From contig UYFQ01000767.1 of assembly GCA_900617105.1 (NCBI GenBank), positions 109,506-129,505 of the forward strand: a stretch of 20,000 bases of DNA, written 5' to 3'. This DNA is from Hydrurus foetidus (Eukaryota). Below are positions 11,571-19,793 of this stretch, in pieces (position 1 is the stretch's first letter; each line of letters starts with the position of its first letter). The position numbers were made by a program, and so were the translations under genes. Below the pieces are notes generated by a model, which saw only the letters and a list, made by a program, of their open reading frames with translations, did no database searches and was not told the origin of the DNA.

Positions 11571-14500
11571 ACAAAATAAGATAAAATATAAGAGTGCATG
11601 AATGATGTAATTAAAATAAGGAGGAATGAAAATTGATGTGCTCTATATTAGATACTCATCGACATATCATCATCGTCATTAAAATAGTTAACATTATTAT
11701 GATTAACATTAATGCTTGTATAACAACAATCTCCATACATGAAACAAGTGACAACTAAATAACTTGACTTAACAAAATAGAACGATTAGAATATCATGAC
11801 GCTAATTAGATCCAAATAAATTGAACATAAAAACATCTGTTACATTTTTTTACGACTGTAAAGAACCGATGACAACCAATCTTATCAAGGTAGACATATT
11901 TCATTTAGATGCGTGGTAAAAATAATTACTTTATGTGGTAAAAATAACTATTTTAGATGATAATGTTAATTGTTTTAGATGGTAATAATAATTATTTTAG
12001 ATGGTAATGTTAATTGTTTTAGATGGTAATAATAATTACCAGCTCCTGCCTTGAAGAACGCCTTTTGCTTGTCGCTGTTATTCTCCAGCTGTGCAGCCAT
12101 CTGAGCCAACACACCCACAACTGCAACCTGAAAGATAATGAATAAACAAATATGCATATATGATCAAATATGTAACTAAATAACTAACAAATATGTAAAT
12201 GTGTAAGTAAGTTGGTAGATAGGTAAATATGTAAGTAAGTAATTTGATTAATTAGTAATTTAATAAATTGATGAATTAATAGATGAGTGTAGTATATGAA
12301 AGTAAAACAAAAGTGAACGAGTCGACTAATAAATGAATGAGTAAGTTAATCAAGAGGGAAATACTAAATAAATTAAAAAGTTTGAATAAAAAAGAATCAA
12401 ATAAGAATTAAAGTCAAACTAGTATTCTCCTATCATTCAAATCGTGTTACTTATTGTATTCAATTGTATTTAAATAAATTTCACTACAACTCCGGTTACC
12501 TCCATCTTCCCCTCGAGGGCTGTTTTCAGATTTTCCAGCAAAATAGATGCTTCTGTAAACGATTCCCGAGCCTTTTCCGTGTTTTGAACACGAGTATTGG
12601 AACGTTTCCGTGTTACCGGTATTTCACTGTTATCACCCTGAATCGGTGAAACGATGCTTTTAGCCAGTTCCGCGTTTGCGATTTTGTTCACGTATTCGGG
12701 GTTGTTGATATTGTGTTTGACCGTGGGGGATGTGAAGGAGGGGAGGGAGGAGAGAAAGGGAGTGGAGTTCGAATAATAGTTCCCCCCCACGCTCTGGGCC
12801 CTCACTCTCATGCGAGGCGGAATCTCGTACTAAATACAAGAAATAAGTACTACAATTAGTTGCAAGTTTCGTTTCGTATGTGATGATTATTGAGACTGTG
12901 AGTTATACTACCGTGTATCATCAATGTAATGTAAGGAAAAGTAGTTGGTAGCGTATGTGATGATTATTGAGACTGTGAGTTATACTACCGTGTATCATCA
13001 ATGTAATGTAAGGAAAAGTAGTTGGTAGCGTATGTGATGATTATTGAGACTGTGAGTTATACTACCGTGTATCATCAATGTAATGTAAGGAAAAGTAGTT
13101 GGTAGCGTATGTGATGATTATTGAGACTGTGAGTTATACTACCGTGTATCATCAATGTAATGTAAGGAAAAGTAGTTGGTAGCGTATGTGATGATTATTG
13201 AGACTGTGAGTTATACTACCGTGTATCATCAATGTAATGTAAGGAAAAGTAGTTGGTAGCGTATGTGATGATTATTGAGACTGTGAGTTATACTACCGTG
13301 TATCATCAATGTAATGTAAGGAAAAGTAGTTGGTAGCGTATGTGATGATTATTGAGACTGTGAGTTATACTACCGTGTATCATCAATGTAATGTAAGGAA
13401 AAGTAGTTGGTAGCGTATGTGATGATTATTGAGACTGTGAGTTATACTACCGTGTATCATCAATGTAATGTAAGGAAAAGTAGTTGGTAGCGTATGTGAT
13501 GATTATTGAGACTGTGAGTTATACTACCGTGTATCATCAATGTAATGTAAGGAAAAGTAGTTGGTAGCGTATGTGATGATTATTGAGACTGTGAGTTATA
13601 CTACCGTGTATCATCAATGTAATGTAAGGAAAAGTAGTTGGTAGCGTATGTGATGATTATTGAGACTGTGAGTTATACTACCGTGTATCATCAATGTAAT
13701 GTAAGGAAAAGTAGTTGGTAGCGTATGTGATGATTATTGAGACTGTGAGTTATACTACCGTGTATCATCAATGTAATGTAAGGAAAAGTAGTTGGTAGCG
13801 TATGTGATGATTATTGAGACTGTGAGTTATACTACCGTGTATCATCAATGTAATGTAAGGAAAAGTAGTTGGTAGCGTATGTGATGATTATTGAGACTGT
13901 GAGTTATACTACCGTGTATCATCAATGTAATGTAAGGAAAAGTAGTTGGTAGCGTATGTGATGATTATTGAGACTGTGAGTTATACTACCGTGTATCATC
14001 AATGTAATGTAAGGAAAAGTAGTTGGTAGCGTATGTGATGATTATTGAGACTGTGAGTTATACTACCGTGTATCATCAATGTAATGTAAGGAAAAGTAGT
14101 TGGTAGCGTATGTGATGATTATTGAGACTGTGAGTTATACTACCGTGTATCATCAATGTAATGTAAGGAAAAGTAGTTGGTAGCGTATGTGATGATTATT
14201 GAGACTGTGAGTTATACTACCGTGTATCATCAATGTAATGTAAGGAAAAGTAGTTGGTAGCGTATGTGATGATTATTGAGACTGTGAGTTATACTACCGT
14301 GTATCATCAATGTAATGTAAGGAAAAGTAGTTGGTAGCGTATGTGATGATTATTGAGACTGTGAGTTATACTACCGTGTATCATCAATGTAATGTAAGGA
14401 AAAGTAGTTGGTAGCGTATGTGATGATTATTGAGACTGTGAGTTATACTACCGTGTATCATCAATGTAATGTAAGGAAAAGTAGTTGGTAGCGTATGTGA

Positions 14501-17500
14501 TGATTATTGAGACTGTGAGTTATACTACCGTGTATCATCAATGTAATGTAAGGAAAAGTAGTTGGTAGCGTATGTGATGATTATTGAGACTGTGAGTTAT
14601 ACTACCGTGTATCATCAATGTAATGTAAGGAAAAGTAGTTGGTAGCGTATGTGATGATTATTGAGACTGTGAGTTATACTACCGTGTATCATCAATGTAA
14701 TGTAAGGAAAAGTAGTTGGTAGCGTATGTGATGATTATTGAGACTGTGAGTTATACTACCGTGTATCATCAATGTAATGTAAGGAAAAGTAGTTGGTAGC
14801 GTATGTGATGATTATTGAGACTGTGAGTTATACTACCGTGTATCATCAATGTAATGTAAGGAAAAGTAGTTGGTAGCGTATGTGATGATTATTGAGACTG
14901 TGAGTTATACTACCGTGTATCATCAATGTAATGTAAGGAAAAGTAGTTGGTAGCGTATGTGATGATTATTGAGACTGTGAGTTATACTACCGTGTATCAT
15001 CAATGTAATGTAAGGAAAAGTAGTTGGTAGCGTATGTGATGATTATTGAGACTGTGAGTTATACTACCGTGTATCATCAATGTAATGTAAGGAAAAGTAG
15101 TTGGTAGCGTATGTGATGATTATTGAGACTGTGAGTTATACTACCGTGTATCATCAATGTAATGTAAGGAAAAGTAGTTGGTAGCGTATGTGATGATTAT
15201 TGAGACTGTGAGTTATACTACCGTGTATCATCAATGTAATGTAAGGAAAAGTAGTTGGTAGCGTATGTGATGATTATTGAGACTGTGAGTTATACTACCG
15301 TGTATCATCAATGTAATGTAAGGAAAAGTAGTTGGTAGCGTATGTGATGATTATTGAGACTGTGAGTTATACTACCGTGTATCATCAATGTAATGTAAGG
15401 AAAAGTAGTTGGTAGCGTATGTGATGATTATTGAGACTGTGAGTTATACTACCGTGTATCATCAATGTAATGTAAGGAAAAGTAGTTGGTAGCGTATGTG
15501 ATGATTATTGAGACTGTGAGTTATACTACCGTGTATCATCAATGTAATGTAAGGAAAAGTAGTTGGTAGCGTATGTGATGATTATTGAGACTGTGAGTTA
15601 TACTACCGTGTATCATCAATGTAATGTAAGGAAAAGTAGTTGGTAGCGTATGTGATGATTATTGAGACTGTGAGTTATACTACCGTGTATCATCAATGTA
15701 ATGTAAGGAAAAGTAGTTGGTAGCGTATGTGATGATTATTGAGACTGTGAGTTATACTACCGTGTATCATCAATGTAATGTAAGGAAAAGTAGTTGGTAG
15801 CCTATGTGATGATTATTGAGACTGTGAGTTATACTACCGTGTATCATCAATGTAATGTAAGGAAAAGTAGTTGGTAGCGTATGTGATGATTATTGAGACT
15901 GTGAGTTATGCTACCGTGTATCATCAATGTAATGTAAGGAAAAGTAGTTGGTAGCGTATGTGATGATTATTGAGACTGTGAGTTATACTACCGTGTATCA
16001 TCAATGTAATGTAAGGAAAAGTAGTTGGTAGCCTATGTGATGATTATTGAGACTGTGAGTTATACTACCGTGTATCATCAATGTAATGTAAGGAAAAGTA
16101 GTTGGTAGCGTATGTGATGATTATTGAGACTGTGAGTTATACTACCGTGTATCATCAATGTAATGTAAGGAAAAGTAGTTGGTAGCGTATGTGATGATTA
16201 TTGAGACTGTGAGTTATACTACCGTGTATCATCAATGTAATGTAAGGAAAAGTAGTTGGTAGCCTATGTGATGATTATTGAGACTGTGAGTTATACTACC
16301 GTGTATCATCAATGTAATGTAAGGAAAAGTAGTTGGTAGCGTATGTGATGATTATTGAGACTGTGAGTTATACTACCGTGTATCATCAATGTAATGTAAG
16401 GAAAAGTAGTTGGTAGCGTATGTGATGATTATTGAGACTGTGAGTTATACTACCGTGTATCATCAATGTAATGTAAGGAAAAGTAGTTGGTAGCCTATGT
16501 GATGATTATTGAGACTGTTAGTTATACTACCGTGTATCATCAATGTAATGTAAGGAAAAGTAGTTGGTAGCGTATGTGATGATTATTGAGACTGTGAGTT
16601 ATACTACCGTGTATCATCAATGTAATGTAAGGAAAAGTAGTTGGTAGCGTATGTGATGATTATTGAGACTGTGAGTTATACTACCGTGTATCATCAATGT
16701 AATGTAAGGAAAAGTAGTTGGTAGCGTATGTGATGATTATTGAGACTGTGAGTTATACTACCGTGTATCATCAATGTAATGTAAGGAAAAGTAGTTGGTA
16801 GCGTATGTGATGATTATTGAGACTGTGAGTTATACTACCGTGTATCATCATTGTAATGTAAGGAAAAGTAGTTGGTAGCGTATGTGATGATTATTGAGAC
16901 TGTGAGTTATACTACCGTGTATCATCAATGTAATGTAAGGAAAAGTAGTTGGTAGCGTATGTGATGATTATTGAGACTGTGAGTTATACTACCGTGTATC
17001 ATCAATGTAATGTAAGGAAAAGTAGTTGGTAGCGTATGTGATGATTATTGAGACTGTGAGTTATACTACCGTGTATCATCAATGTAATGTAAGGAAAAGT
17101 AGTTGGTAGCGTATGTGATGATTATTGAGACTGTGAGTTATACTACTGTGTATCATCAATGTAATGTAAGGAAAAGTAGTTGGTAGCTTATGTGATGATT
17201 ATTGAGACTGTGAGTTATACTACCGTGTATCATCAATGTAATGTAAGGAAAAGTAGTTGGTAGCCTATGTGATGATTATTGAGACTGTGAGTTATACTAC
17301 CGTGTATCATCAATGTAATGTAAGGAAAAGTAGTTGGTAGCGTATGTGATGATTATTGAGACTATGAGTTATACTACCGTGTATCATCAATGTAATGTAA
17401 GGAAAAGTAGTTGGTAGCCTATGTGATGATTATTGAGACTGTGAGTTATACTACCGTGTATCATCAATGTAATGTAAGGAAAAGTAGTTGTTAGCGTATG

Positions 17501-19793
17501 TGATGATTATTGAGACTGTGAGTTATACTACCGTGTATCATCAATGTAATGTAAGGAAAAGTAGTTGGTAGCGTATGTGATGATTATTGAGACTGTGAGT
17601 TATACTACCGTGTATCATCAATGTAATGTAAGGAAAAGTAGTTGGTAGCCTATGTGATGATTATTGAGACTGTGAGTTATACTACCGTGTATCATCAATG
17701 TAATGTAAGGAAAAGTAGTTGGTAGCGTATGTGATGATTATTGAGACTGTGAGTTATGCTACCGTGTATCATCAATGTAATGTAAGGAAAAGTAGTTGGT
17801 AGCGTATGTGATGATTATTGAGACTGTGAGTTATACTACCGTGTATCATCAATGTAATGTAAGGAAAAGTAGTTGGTAGCGTATGTGATGATTATTGAGA
17901 CTGTGAGTTATACTACCGTTTATCATCAATGTAATGTAAGGAAAAGTAGTTGGTAGCGTATGTGATGATTATTGAGACTGTGAGTTATACTACCGTGTAT
18001 CATCAATGTAATGTAAGGAAAAGTAGTTGGTAGCGTATGTGATGATTATTGAGACTGTGAGTTATACTACCGTGTATCATCAATGTAATGTAAGGAAAAG
18101 TAGTTGGTAGCGTATGTGATGATTATTGAGACTATGAGTTATACTACCGTGTATCATCAATGTAATGTAAGGAAAAGTAGTTGGTAGCGTATGTGATGAT
18201 TATTGAGACTGTGAGTTATACTACCGTGTATCATCAATGTAATGTAAGGAAAAGTAGTTGGTAGCGTATGTGATGATTATTGAGACTGTGAGTTATACTA
18301 CCGTGTATCATCAATGTAATGTAAGGAAAAGTAGTTGGTAGCGTATGTGATGATTATTGAGACTGTGAGTTATACTACCGTGTATCATCAATGTAATGTA
18401 AGGAAAAGTAGTTGGTAGCGTATGTGATGATTATTGAGACTGTGAGTTATACTACCGTGTATCATCAATGTAATGTAAGGAAAAGTAGTTGGTAGCGTAT
18501 GTGATGATTATTGAGACTGTGAGTTATACTACCGTGTATCATCAATGTAATGTAAGGAAAAGTAGTTGGTAGCGTATGTGATGATTATTGAGACTGTGAG
18601 TTATACTACCGTGTATCATCAATGTAATGTAAGGAAAAGTAGTTGGTAGCGTATGTGATTATTATTGAGACTGTGAGTTATACTACCGTGTATCATCAAT
18701 GTAATGTAAGGAAAAGTAGTTGGTAGCGTATGTGATGATTATTGAGACTGTGAGTTATACTACCGTGTATCATCAATGTTTGGAAATAATTTGCTATTGG
18801 TCATATTGTTCATGAATGTAATTAATAAAGTAGATAGCAGTGGTTATCACAACTGCATCAAGTGCGATTCCGATATTGGGGTAAAATATTACCTCAATCA
18901 GATATTACTACTTTTCATGGACCATATAGCTTATCAAATAGAGTGTTATGCAATCAGTTTGCACTCTTTTTTCGTCGACATGGATTGAGCAGTGTGCAGT
19001 AACGGTGAATTGGAATTGGAATTGGAATTTAGGTGCACAGGCGACATGCAGTGTGGACAAAAGTGTGCAAAATCGTGTTTACAAAAAACCCTCACGAGGG
19101 TTACTCTTGATGACGATGACAAACAGCGTCAGAGGAGAGTTTTAGTGTACTTATTTCATTTCATTGCATTTCATCGCTTACATCTTTTGAGCGACTTGGC
19201 ATTGACACTTGGGAAGATTCTAAAAAAAAATAGAAAAATATAAATAAGAAAAAACCTATAACAAGGCGGTCAGAAGAAAGAAAAGTGCATGAAAAAAAAT
19301 AGCAGTAGACTAATAGGTAGAGATGGAATTAAACAATAAGAGAGAAAATAAAATAAACATACAATGATCAATATACATCATTATCATATAATATAAGTCA
19401 CTACAAAATGAAGATGATTGGAAACAGGCACATAGAAGTGAGCTTCAATGAGCAAATATGTAAAATAAAGCAAAAACAGAAATCGGCTAGAAAGTTTGGA
19501 ATAGTTTCTGTGAAGAATTCATTCATAGTTTCTGTGAAGATTTTGAGATCATTCTGAGTTATGCCAATTTGGTATTAAATTACCTATTAATAGTCCAGCG
19601 TTACTCACAACGTTACCAACCAATCTTGTGAATGGAACACTAAATTTGGAAGAAATAAATAGTAAAAAGAGCAAGAACGATTTGATAGATAATTTGTGCG
19701 ATTAGTAATTCACCTGGATAGGATGGGAGACTCCACCGAATTCAACATATTCATGGCGAGGTCGTTCGTATGTACGGACAAATCCGGCGTAGA
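4828..19793 (-). CDS. Spliced multi-exon gene (partial at both ends) encoding an armadillo-repeat (aardvark-like ARM) protein with an N-terminal Ser/Pro-rich region
   Basis: Manually spliced join(19714-19793,19617-19639,19182-19219,12500-12829,12040-12127,11293-11360,10870-10989,10588-10635,10006-10057,9631-9753,9107-9214,8824-8926,8392-8453,7987-8089,7037-7129,6708-6769,6145-6225,5909-5956,5526-5657,5249-5288,4828-4892). All introns are GT..YAG and all phases match, giving ~622 aa with no stop. Repeats of ~41-45 aa such as LGDAGACEALARSL, LGVAGACENIIIVLQKH...VCWAIRNMA, MRNAGLCEMVV, LSAAGAYEASVGALKRH and MGANGACEAVTQALNKH fit the ARM pattern. The first three exons are less certain. Confidence 0.88.
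4899..4990. repeat. (TAAA/TAAG/TAGA)n tetranucleotide microsatellite, intronic
   Basis: Read directly; source of the spurious YLF-rich ORFs 4775-5011 and 4893-5090. Confidence 0.9.
5249..5288 (-). CDS. ARM gene exon (A)CEAVTQALNKHI(S)
   Basis: TAG acceptor, AG|GTATAG donor; 40 nt, phase 1 in, phase 2 out; completes the NGACE motif. Confidence 0.88.
5482..5505. repeat. (GTAGT)~5 microsatellite, intronic
   Basis: gtagtgtagtgtagtgtagtgtag. Confidence 0.85.
5526..5657 (-). CDS. ARM gene exon (G)AYEASVGALKRHEDNSEVAVQSCYAIHFLCFTPNNIGWMGANG
   Basis: CAG acceptor after a long polypyrimidine tract, G|GTGACC donor; 132 nt, phase 1/1. Confidence 0.92.
5661..5840. repeat. GA-rich polypurine tract (polypyrimidine on the transcribed strand), intronic
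   Basis: Almost all A/G on the + strand, immediately before the acceptor of exon 5526-5657. Confidence 0.8.
5909..5956 (-). CDS. ARM gene exon (G)DLASDMGNQTRLSAA(G)
   Basis: TAG acceptor, G|GTACAC donor; 48 nt, phase 1/1. Confidence 0.87.
6145..6225 (-). CDS. ARM gene exon (G)LCEMVVSTVQRQAISKTVSAVGCLAI(G)
   Basis: CAG acceptor, G|GTACGT donor; 81 nt, phase 1/1. Confidence 0.88.
6708..6769 (-). CDS. ARM gene exon (G)CKCVHKLSKLDGITSKMRNA(G)
   Basis: CAG acceptor, G|GTAAGA donor; 62 nt, phase 2 in, phase 1 out. Confidence 0.87.
7037..7129 (-). CDS. ARM gene exon (R)LVARLVSSDILEALSTNFEQHAGEEEMATW(G)
   Basis: CAG acceptor, GG|GTAAAC donor; 93 nt, phase 2/2. Confidence 0.88.
7477..7870. repeat. 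Compound (TG)n/(TATG)n microsatellite of ~390 bp with four GGGAAGG interruptions, intronic
   Basis: Read directly; explains all the CV- and HT-rich ORFs at 7442-8072. Confidence 0.97.
7987..8089 (-). CDS. ARM gene exon (G)VTSLVLKGLKKHSDSDKLSKCVFELLYYLASDL(R)
   Basis: CAG acceptor, AG|GTACGG donor; 103 nt, phase 1 in, phase 2 out. Confidence 0.9.
8392..8453 (-). CDS. ARM gene exon (R)ALIACIASEEDDIIPRIANA(G)
   Basis: CAG acceptor after a polypyrimidine tract, G|GTAAGT donor; 62 nt, phase 2 in, phase 1 out. Confidence 0.9.
8824..8926 (-). CDS. ARM gene exon (E)NNRARLANELVPESIIAVIKSHMHSETFLKEAC(R)
   Basis: CAG acceptor, CG|GTGAGG donor; 103 nt, phase 1 in, phase 2 out. Confidence 0.9.
9107..9214 (-). 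CDS. ARM gene exon (G)VAGACENIIIVLQKHSTSMPICTEVCWAIRNMAQT
   Basis: CAG acceptor, G|GTACGC donor; 108 nt, phase 1/1; clearest ARM helix 2-3 segment (CWAIRNM). Confidence 0.93.
9235..9400. repeat. Degenerate (TGATG)n pentanucleotide microsatellite, intronic
   Basis: atgatgtgatgtgaagtggtgtgatgtgg...; source of the HHITS-rich ORFs. Confidence 0.88.
9631..9753 (-). CDS. ARM gene exon (G)ACEALARSLIKANKSTELSCWVNRAIGHIAAGNEANRERL(G)
   Basis: TAG acceptor, G|GTGCGA donor; 123 nt, phase 1/1. Confidence 0.92.
10006..10057 (-). CDS. ARM gene exon VRCLCALESNRTRLGDA(G)
   Basis: CAG acceptor, G|GTAACG donor; 52 nt, phase 0 in, phase 1 out. Confidence 0.9.
10340..10453. repeat. 38-bp minisatellite x3 (ACTTAGCTTAATAAGATAGCTGCAAAGAGRCATTTGAC), intronic
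   Basis: Copies at 10340, 10378 and 10416, with two variable positions. Confidence 0.95.
10588..10635 (-). CDS. ARM gene exon GINTGDNRVMEMACDA
   Basis: CAG acceptor, G|GTAAGC donor; 48 nt, phase 0/0; forms ACDAVRCL with the next exon. Confidence 0.85.
10870..10989 (-). CDS. ARM gene exon VISYLCRSSDENKFSASLENAKAIGIAKASEHIVAALQRH
   Basis: TAG acceptor after a polypyrimidine tract, C|GTACGT donor; 120 nt, phase 0/0. Confidence 0.9.
11293..11360 (-). CDS. ARM gene exon (G)PLVSQVLGEMISTVSVCERALQ
   Basis: CAG acceptor, CAG|GTAGAC donor; 68 nt, phase 1 in, phase 0 out. Confidence 0.88.
11372..11574. repeat. (TAAA)n microsatellite with CAAA interruptions, ~200 bp, intronic
   Basis: Read directly; source of the FIYL-repeat ORFs at 11230-11599. 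Confidence 0.97.
11951..12038. repeat. 22-bp unit x4, arranged as a 44-bp dimer x2 and abutting a splice donor
   Basis: TTTTAGATG(A/G)TAATGTTAATTG alternates with TTTTAGATGGTAATAATAATTA. Confidence 0.88.
12040..12127 (-). CDS. ARM gene exon VAVVGVLAQMAAQLENNSDKQKAFFKAGA(G)
   Basis: CAG acceptor, G|GTAATT donor; 88 nt, phase 0 in, phase 1 out. Confidence 0.9.
12500..12829 (-). CDS. Largest exon, YEIPPRMRVRAQSVGG...ENLKTALEGKME; Ser/Pro-rich linker before the ARM repeats
   Basis: TAG acceptor at 12832-12830, GAG|GTAACC donor; 330 nt, phase 0/0; overlaps track ORF 12470-12811. Confidence 0.88.
12875..18779. repeat. Tandem minisatellite, 77-bp unit CGTATGTGATGATTATTGAGACTGTGAGTTATACTACCGTGTATCATCAATGTAATGTAAGGAAAAGTAGTTGGTAG, 76 full copies plus 53 bp
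   Basis: The line at 12901 recurs at 17521 (4620 = 60x77). No indels; about 18 substitutions, all at or after 15802. Confidence 0.99.
19182..19219 (-). CDS. Probable upstream exon (E)SSQVSMPSRSKD
   Basis: Poly-T plus TAG acceptor, T|GTAAGC donor; 38 nt; a phase-0 exit joins exon 12500-12829 across a 6352-bp intron containing the 77-bp array. Confidence 0.62.
19617..19639 (-). CDS. Probable 23-nt micro-exon (S)VPFTRLV(E)
   Basis: TAG acceptor, G|GTAACG donor; chosen because it keeps the frame between the flanking exons; an alternative GTGAGT donor lies at 19608. Confidence 0.45.
19714..19793 (-). CDS. Probable upstream exon STPDLSVHTNDLAMNMLNSVESPILS
   Basis: CAG acceptor, AG|GTGAAT donor; GC-richer island in AT-rich DNA; 80 nt, open frame. 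Confidence 0.62.

Noticed and set aside
11230..11599. Hydrophobic FIYL-repeat ORFs resembling membrane proteins (also 4775-5090)
   Set aside because: These are translations of (TTTA)n; only the embedded exon segments are coding.
12866..12879. Common origin of the two arrays (GTTTCGTA at the 77-bp array's left junction; GAGTTAT in both units)
   Set aside because: Matches of 7-8 nt in AT-rich DNA are too short to support homology.
12875..18779. Tandem tRNA, C/D snoRNA or CRISPR array (77-nt unit containing GTGATGA)
   Set aside because: No cloverleaf or GTTCRA T-loop. The box C-like GTGATGA has no CTGA box D and is antisense to the host transcript. There are no spacers.
18776..19243. Short + strand ORFs and a minus-strand MSPVHLNSNSNSNSP... 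mini-ORF
   Set aside because: No recognisable domain and no frame-consistent splice sites linking them to the gene model. The NS/WN/EL runs come from a short TGGAAT repeat.
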